Source of the DNA: Gemmatimonadales bacterium
GTDB lineage: Bacteria > Gemmatimonadota > Gemmatimonadetes > Gemmatimonadales > GWC2-71-9
Assembly (NCBI GenBank): GCA_041615815.1
Contig: JBFJCP010000056.1
Coordinates: 1-11,499, forward strand
Direction: 5' to 3'
DNA length: 11,499 nucleotides
Shown here: in pieces, positions 6,715 through 11,499 of the stretch
Layout of the letters: each line of letters opens with the position of its first letter
How positions within the stretch are numbered: position 1 is the first letter of the stretch
The notes under the pieces: model-generated
The model's database searches: none
What the model was told of the DNA's origin: nothing
Seen by the model: only the letters and a program-made list of their open reading frames with translations
Program-made: the position numbers and the translations under genes

Positions 6715-9537
6715 ATGGCTTCTGACCACATCGTCGTTCGGGGCGCCCGACAGCACAACCTCAAAGGAATCACCGTCGCCATCCCCAGGCGTGCGCTCAC
6801 CGTCGTCACCGGCCCATCTGGCTCGGGGAAGAGTTCGCTCGCGTTCGACACCCTCTACGCGGAGGGTCAGCGGCGATATGTGGAATCCCTGTCCACGTAC
6901 GCCAAGCAGTTTCTCGAGCGCATGCCCAAACCGGCGGTGGACGGACTCGACGGTATCTCGCCGGCGGTGGCCATTGAGCAAAAGAACCCCACGACATCGA
7001 GCCGGTCCACCGTGGGCACCGCCACCGAGATCTACGACTACCTCCGGCTCCTGTGGGCGCGGATCGGTCGGCCGCACTGTCATCAATGCGGGGCGTTGGT
7101 CACGGTGGATTCACCCAGCACGGCGGCGGAGCGGCTCATCCAGGAGTGCGACGGTCGCCATCTCCTGATCTGTTTCCCGCTACCCCAGTCCGCAAAGGCC
7201 AACCACGACCTCCTGCTCGAGAACCTGCAAGCGATGGGTTTCGTGCGCGTACTGCGGGGGATGGACGTGTACCGCCTCGACGAGCTTCCGGAGCACGTCA
7301 GGCTGGATGATGCCGGAGTGCGGGTGGTGGCCGACCGCCTCCGCGCGACCATCGCCATGCGGGGTCGCCTGGCGGACTCCATCGCGCTCGCGTTTGCGGA
7401 AGGCGAAGGGATAGCCGAGGTCGTGGATGGCGACCGCGCCGCCCGTTTCTCGCAACATCCCCGCTGCGTGAAATGCGAGACCCCGAACCCGGTGCTGACT
7501 CCCACCCTGTTCTCGTTCAACAGCCCACGCGGCGCCTGTTCGGAGTGCAATGGCTTTGGGGCGGTATTGGAGTACGACGAGTCGCTGATCGTTCCTGACG
7601 TGCAGCGCTCGCTCGCCGACGGCGCCCTGGATCCCTGGACCAAACCACGTTACACGCGCCGGCGACGCATGCTGCGCGACTTCGCCAACCGTGAGGGAAT
7701 CCCGTTCGACGTCCCCTGGCATCGCCTGAAAGCCAGTCAAACACGGGCCCTGTTGCATGAGCGCTCCCGCGGCTACCGCGGCATCTTCCCGTTCCTCCGG
7801 GGGCTCGAACGGAAGCGATACAAACAGTACATCCGCGTATTTCTCCGACAGTACCAGAAGGCACTGACCTGTCCCGCCTGCGGAGGCGCGAGGCTTCGGC
7901 CGGAAGCACTGGCGGTGCGTGTCGGTGAAAGTGACGTGGCGACCCTTGCGGGAAAAACCGCCGAGGTGCTCCGCTCGTGGCTCGGCGCACTCGAACTCAC
8001 GGCGTTCGAGCGAGAGGTCGCCGCGACGATTCTTCGTGAGCTCGACGATCGCGTCGCCTTTCTGTGCGACGTCGGGCTCGGCTACCTGACGCTGGATCGG
8101 CAGACGCGGACGCTCTCAGGCGGCGAAGCGCAGCGCATTGCCCTGGCAAACGCGCTGGGCTCGAGCTTGATGGACACGCTGTATGTGCTCGACGAGCCAT
8201 CGATCGGGCTCCACCCACGGGACATCGGCCGGCTGCTCGATCTCCTGCACCGGCTCAGCCGGTCGGGCAACACGGTGGTCATCGTGGAACACGATCCCGC
8301 CACCATCCGGGCCGCTAACCACATGGTCGAGCTCGGGCCGGGGAGCGGGGAAGACGGCGGGGCGCTCGTGTACAGCGGCCCGGTGGAAGGCGCCGCAGCC
8401 GAGGGAACCCTCACAGGACAGTATCTGGCCGGCGACAAATGCATCGCCGTCCCGAGTCTCCGGCGACGCGCGGGTCCACGTTGGCTGAGCGCCACGGGCG
8501 CGCGCCTCCACAATCTGGAGGGGGTGGACGTCTCGATCCCACTGGGAACCCTCACCGTGGTCACAGGAGTGTCGGGCTCCGGAAAATCGACGCTGGTGCA
8601 CGACGTTCTGTACCGACAGCTCGCGGCGCGGTTGAAGGGGACCCACGGCGCCAAGGAGCATCTCGGCGAGGCCGTCGGCCACCTGGATGGCCTCACCGGC
8701 TGGGAGGCACTCAACGACGTCGTCCTCATCGACCAATCCCCTATCGGGAGAACGCCCCGGTCCAACCCGGTGACCTACGTCCGGGCCTTCAATGAGATCC
8801 GCTCCCTGTTCGCGGCCCAGCCCCTGGCCCGCGCGCGCGACTACACCCCCACCACGTTCAGCTTCAACGCGAGCGACGGCGGTCGCTGCCGCGTGTGCGA
8901 GGGAGCCGGGCACATCCAGGTCGAGATGGTCTTTCTGGCCGACGTGTTCCTTCCCTGCGACGCCTGCGAAGGCACCCGCTTCGAGCCCGAGATCCTGGAC
9001 GTCCGCATCAAAGGCCACTCGATCCACGACGTGTTGAACCTCACGGTGGATCAGGCCATCGTGCGGTTTCGCCATCAGGAACGGCTCGGCAAAGCCCTCT
9101 GGTATTTGCAGCAGGTGGGCCTGGGCTATCTCCGGCTCGGCCAGCCCGCCACGACCCTGTCCGGGGGTGAGGCCCAACGTCTCAAGATCGCTCGGCAGCT
9201 GGCAAGCCTCGGCAAACGAGCGGCGCGCCGACTGTACATTCTGGACGAGCCCACCACCGGGCTCCATCTGGACGATGTCCGAACGCTCATCAAGGTCCTC
9301 GAGCGACTCGTGGACGCCGGGCATACGGTTCTGGTCATCGAGCACCATCTCGATCTCATCAAGCGCGCGGATTGGGTCATTGACATGGGACCCGACGGCG
9401 GCAACCGCGGTGGCCGCGTGGTCGCAGTAGGCACGCCAGAAGACGTGGCCGCTGCGGCCACTCATACGGCCCACTTTCTCCGGGAGATCCTGGACCAGCC
9501 CGCGGGGCTCGAGGCGGCATCGGCGCGAACCTCGTAG
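6715..9537 (+). CDS. uvrA: Excinuclease ABC subunit A (UvrA family; possibly a second paralog)
   Basis: 940 aa. N-terminus GARQHNLK; Walker A motifs GPSGSGKSS and GVSGSGKST; AEGQRRYVESLS; STVGTATEIYDYLRLL; two LSGGEAQR signatures; Walker B motifs YVLDEPSIGLH and YILDEPTTGLH; IGRTPRSNP; Zn-finger pairs CHQC, CVKC, CSEC, CPAC, CRVC and CDAC. The start was set at ATG 6715 (MASDHIVV), matching the usual UvrA N-terminus. Confidence 0.96.
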   Translation: MASDHIVVRGARQHNLKGITVAIPRRALTVVTGPSGSGKSSLAFDTLYAEGQRRYVESLSTYAKQFLERMPKPAVDGLDGISPAVAIEQKNPTTSSRSTVGTATEIYDYLRLLWARIGRPHCHQCGALVTVDSPSTAAERLIQECDGRHLLICFPLPQSAKANHDLLLENLQAMGFVRVLRGMDVYRLDELPEHVRLDDAGVRVVADRLRATIAMRGRLADSIALAFAEGEGIAEVVDGDRAARFSQHPRCVKCETPNPVLTPTLFSFNSPRGACSECNGFGAVLEYDESLIVPDVQRSLADGALDPWTKPRYTRRRRMLRDFANREGIPFDVPWHRLKASQTRALLHERSRGYRGIFPFLRGLERKRYKQYIRVFLRQYQKALTCPACGGARLRPEALAVRVGESDVATLAGKTAEVLRSWLGALELTAFEREVAATILRELDDRVAFLCDVGLGYLTLDRQTRTLSGGEAQRIALANALGSSLMDTLYVLDEPSIGLHPRDIGRLLDLLHRLSRSGNTVVIVEHDPATIRAANHMVELGPGSGEDGGALVYSGPVEGAAAEGTLTGQYLAGDKCIAVPSLRRRAGPRWLSATGARLHNLEGVDVSIPLGTLTVVTGVSGSGKSTLVHDVLYRQLAARLKGTHGAKEHLGEAVGHLDGLTGWEALNDVVLIDQSPIGRTPRSNPVTYVRAFNEIRSLFAAQPLARARDYTPTTFSFNASDGGRCRVCEGAGHIQVEMVFLADVFLPCDACEGTRFEPEILDVRIKGHSIHDVLNLTVDQAIVRFRHQERLGKALWYLQQVGLGYLRLGQPATTLSGGEAQRLKIARQLASLGKRAARRLYILDEPTTGLHLDDVRTLIKVLERLVDAGHTVLVIEHHLDLIKRADWVIDMGPDGGNRGGRVVAVGTPEDVAAAATHTAHFLREILDQPAGLEAASARTS

Positions 9538-9592
9538 CCGGGTGTAAGGCCGTGAGTTGACCCATCGTCAGAGGCGTACAATCTTGTGCGCC

Positions 9593-10243
9593 ATGAAAAC
9601 GGCACTCCTCGCAGTCATCGTCGGTATTCTCGCGTTCGCCCCCCCTGGGGCGCTGGCGCAGGAACAGCCACCACTGGTCAGTGGCGGAGGCGCATCCTAC
9701 GCCCTCCGTCCCGGCGACATCATCCGGATCAACGTCTGGGGGCGAGAGGAGCTCTCCGGCCAGTTCCAAGTCGACGAGGAGGGGAAGATCCAATACCCCC
9801 TGCTCGGCGAGATCGACGCCCGCAGCCTGACCGTGGCAGAGGTGCGAGACCGCATCCGCAGCGGCCTGGCGGATCTGTTCACCACACCGTTCGTGACCAT
9901 CACTCCGCTCTTCCGGATCGCCGTCCTGGGTGAGGTACGCAATCCCGGTCTGTATACCGTGGACCCCACCCTCAGCGTCCTGGATCTGGTCGCGATGGCC
10001 GGCGGGAATACCCCCTCTGGAAACCTGAACCGGATCCGCGTGCTCCGAGCCAGCGGGGAGACCCAGCTCAGCTTCGAAGAGGCCACCCTGAGGGGCCGCA
10101 CGCTCCAAGATGTGGGCGTGCGCTCCGGTGATCAGGTGATGGTCCCGCGGAAGTTCTTTACGCGGAGCGACTGGCAGATCGTCTTGGATCTTGTGCAAAT
10201 CGGGCTCACGGTCGCGATCTTCGCCAATACGGTGGGCAAGTAG
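9593..10243 (+). CDS. Polysaccharide export protein (Wza/OPX-like: PES domain + one SLBB/beta-grasp domain + C-terminal helix), 216 aa
   Basis: Signal peptide MKTALLAVIVGILAFAPPGALA-Q; PES motif YALRPGDII..V.G..ELS...VDEEGKIQYPLLGEI..SLTVAEV; SLBB VLGEVRNPG.Y....SVLDLVAMAGG...GDQVMVP; C-terminal helix DWQIVLDLVQIGLTVAIFAN. Confidence 0.88.
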   Translation: MKTALLAVIVGILAFAPPGALAQEQPPLVSGGGASYALRPGDIIRINVWGREELSGQFQVDEEGKIQYPLLGEIDARSLTVAEVRDRIRSGLADLFTTPFVTITPLFRIAVLGEVRNPGLYTVDPTLSVLDLVAMAGGNTPSGNLNRIRVLRASGETQLSFEEATLRGRTLQDVGVRSGDQVMVPRKFFTRSDWQIVLDLVQIGLTVAIFANTVGK

Positions 10244-10254
10244 CGCCGAGTTCC

Positions 10255-10283
10255 TTGCCCCGGCCCGCTTCCCCGGTTACACT
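10255..10283 (+). promoter_or_regulatory. Sigma70-like promoter for tRNA-Asn
   Basis: TTGCCC (10255-10260), 17 bp, TACACT (10278-10283), followed by a GC-rich discriminator-like stretch (GCGCGGG), 38 nt upstream of the tRNA. Confidence 0.65.
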
Positions 10284-10321
10284 GCGCGGGCGGACCGTCG
10301 GTGGTCCCATGCGTGGTACGT

Positions 10322-10394
10322 TCCGGAGTAGCTCAGCTGGTAGAGCAGACGGCTGTTAACCGTCGGGTCGGGGGTTCGAGTCCCTCCTCCGGAG
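10322..10394 (+). tRNA. tRNA-Asn (anticodon GTT), 3' CCA not encoded
   Basis: 73-nt cloverleaf: acceptor TCCGGAG/CTCCGGA plus discriminator G; D-arm GCTC-AGCTGGTA-GAGC; anticodon arm GACGG-CT GTT AA-CCGTC (GTT at 10355-10357); T-arm GGGGG-TTCGAGT-CCCTC. The U1-A72 pair is typical of bacterial tRNA-Asn. Confidence 0.98.
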
Positions 10395-10497
10395 TTTGCC
10401 AGTTGGTCTTCATGGACGCGGATAACGCTCGGTCGTTCTGGGCAGGCGCCGTGTTTCTCGGGAATATGCCAAGGGACATCCCGCGGCGGCGGACACG

Positions 10498-10707
10498 ATG
10501 CTCCTCTGCAGGAAGTGTCACAGCGGCAGTGGCTGTACCAACGCCAAGTGGTGTGAGCAGAAGTTCACCTTCGGCCCGGTTTCATATGGACTGTGTGACC
10601 TCTGCCATAACAAGGAGTTCATGGGGGCGAACGCTGATCAACGTCAGGAGCGCGTGAAGTGTTCGTCTGGCGGTCACGCCGAGCCATCGGGCACGCCGGA
10701 GTACTGA
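10498..10707 (+). CDS. Small Cys/His-rich hypothetical protein (69 aa) with two CxxCH motifs
   Basis: ATG start with GGA shortly upstream. Third positions are mostly G/C even in codons with A/T-rich first two bases (aag, aac, ttc, tac). It has 7 Cys, with motifs CRKCH and CDLCH. An in-frame upstream stop at 10423 leaves no recognisable signal peptide. Confidence 0.55.
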   Translation: MLLCRKCHSGSGCTNAKWCEQKFTFGPVSYGLCDLCHNKEFMGANADQRQERVKCSSGGHAEPSGTPEY

Positions 10708-11048
10708 GCCCATCGAGCGGCGTGACGGCCTGTCGTCCTCCGCCTCACGAGACCGTGACCGCTCCCATTGCCCGCCATTGCGGTCCGCGTCAGCGTCGCG
10801 TCGCGGCTGTCGTGAGTAGCGGGGGTGAGCACCCCTGACGCGTGCCCGGCCGCGGGCGCGCCCTGTCGCAAATCCACCAGTCCATACCGCATCTTCACGT
10901 ACGCGTAGTATCCGCAGACGCAGGATTCCGTTGTCCGGCCATTGCGGTCCGTGCCGAACTGCAAACGCTGGCCGCACCCTCGACAGCGTGGTGGACCGCC
11001 GTCCGACACCATCCCGGCGCGTTCCAGTTTCAGCCGCGAGCGGTTCAC
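10674..11048 (-). CDS. Small Zn-ribbon-like hypothetical protein (start GTG 11048 or ATG 11012)
   Basis: CRGCG...CVCGY (CxxC-x17-CxC) with beta-hairpin-like LQFGTDRNGRTTES between the knuckles. Third positions are G/C-biased. The C-terminal tail is low-complexity and overlaps the convergent ORF by 34 bp. Confidence 0.55.
   Translation of the reverse strand: MNRSRLKLERAGMVSDGGPPRCRGCGQRLQFGTDRNGRTTESCVCGYYAYVKMRYGLVDLRQGAPAAGHASGVLTPATHDSRDATLTRTAMAGNGSGHGLVRRRTTGRHAARWAQYSGVPDGSA
10774..10951. repeat. Two copies of a 14-bp direct repeat GCCATTGCGGTCCG (10774-10787 and 10938-10951)
   Basis: The copies are exactly identical over 14 bp and 164 bp apart. The flanks extend the match imperfectly: TCCCATTG-CCCGCCATTGCGGTCCGCGTC vs TTCCGTTGTCCGGCCATTGCGGTCCGTGCC. 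Confidence 0.7.
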
Positions 11049-11225
11049 TTGTGCCGGTGGGCGATGCGGCTGCCGTTAGCGCCCGGCAGTTCCGCGAGCG
11101 CGCTCAACCGACTACCGACGTCGGGGCGATGCTCATGTCGCGGCCCAACTTGCTGACGTCGCTGCCTCGGCTATGATCTAGGCTCCCTGCCGGTGGCGCA
11201 CGGCACGAGCGGCGGTTCGCTCTCT

Positions 11226-11498
11226 TCATGGTGCTCTCTCCGTGGTGCGAAAATGAAGGGGGTCCCTGAGGTTCTGTAACTCGCGATAATAGTAGAGCGG
11301 CGTCGGCCGCCTGCCCTGGAACTTCAGCCTCCTCAAGAATTCGACTTCCTCCGCGGTGACCGTGCCGCTGAGGGCCGGATCCTGAAGGAATCCCTTGAAC
11401 CCGGGCTCTTCGTCGATGTGCTGCGAGGATTCCACCGCGACAAACTCAAATCGCTTCACGTTCCCATAGGCCACTCTGTCGGTCAGAACGATGTCCAG
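11226..11498 (-). CDS. Hypothetical protein, C-terminal part only (5' end lies beyond the window)
   Basis: The frame stays open to the window edge (LDIVLTDRVAYGNVKRFEFV...EEPGFKGFLQDPALSGTVTAEEVEFLRRLKFQGRRPTPLYYYRELQNLRDPLHF...*). Composition is globular-like and third positions are G/C-biased. I cannot name the family. Confidence 0.8.
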   Translation of the reverse strand: MDIVLTDRVAYGNVKRFEFVAVESSQHIDEEPGFKGFLQDPALSGTVTAEEVEFLRRLKFQGRRPTPLYYYRELQNLRDPLHFRTTERAP

Positions 11499-11499
11499 C

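Noticed and set aside
682..9474. Long alternative-frame and antisense ORFs (e.g. 682-1467, 728-1570, 2489-3253, 3088-3885, 5691-6851, 8116-9474)
   Set aside because: They overlap well-supported genes and have no recognisable motifs, and many are Arg/Ala/Gly/Pro-rich. They are typical shadow ORFs of high-GC DNA.
9557..9582. TTGACC/TACAAT as a canonical promoter, and TTG 9557 as the OPX start codon
   Set aside because: Both hexamers are good but the spacer is only 14 bp, so it is not listed as a feature, although a promoter here is plausible. ATG 9593 gives a clean signal peptide, so TTG 9557 was not used as the start.
10395..10401. CCA at 10399-10401 as the encoded tRNA 3' end
   Set aside because: It is separated from the discriminator base by TTTG, so CCA must be added post-transcriptionally, which is common.
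10301..10657. ORFs 10301-10657 (+) and 10333-10521 (-)
   Set aside because: They run through the tRNA-Asn gene and are translation artefacts.
10774..10951. 14-bp repeat as a CRISPR array
   Set aside because: There are only two copies, they are too short and 164 bp apart, and no cas genes are present.

Overview
GC-rich bacterial chromosomal window. Gene content resembles Gemmatimonadota-type genomes, but this is an inference and cannot be verified from the sequence. In order: a 5'-truncated ATP-dependent PEP carboxykinase (pckA); a SAMHD1/EF1143-like HD-domain phosphohydrolase; a minus-strand, tightly coupled three-gene phospho-Thr signalling module (tail-anchored triple-FHA protein, PP2C/PPM phosphatase, 65-aa unknown protein) with its own sigma70-like promoter and no kinase in the window; a stand-alone LPG_synthase_TM/UPF0104-type membrane protein divergent from a uvrA-family gene; an orphan, short, non-lipidated Wza/OPX-like polysaccharide export protein; and tRNA-Asn(GTT). 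After the tRNA is an accessory-looking ~1.1 kb with two convergent small Cys-rich ORFs (one with two CxxCH motifs, one with a Zn-ribbon) and a truncated unknown gene. The best candidates for undescribed biology are the FHA3-PP2C-microprotein module and the Cys-rich microproteins. No CRISPR array, transposase or integrase was seen.
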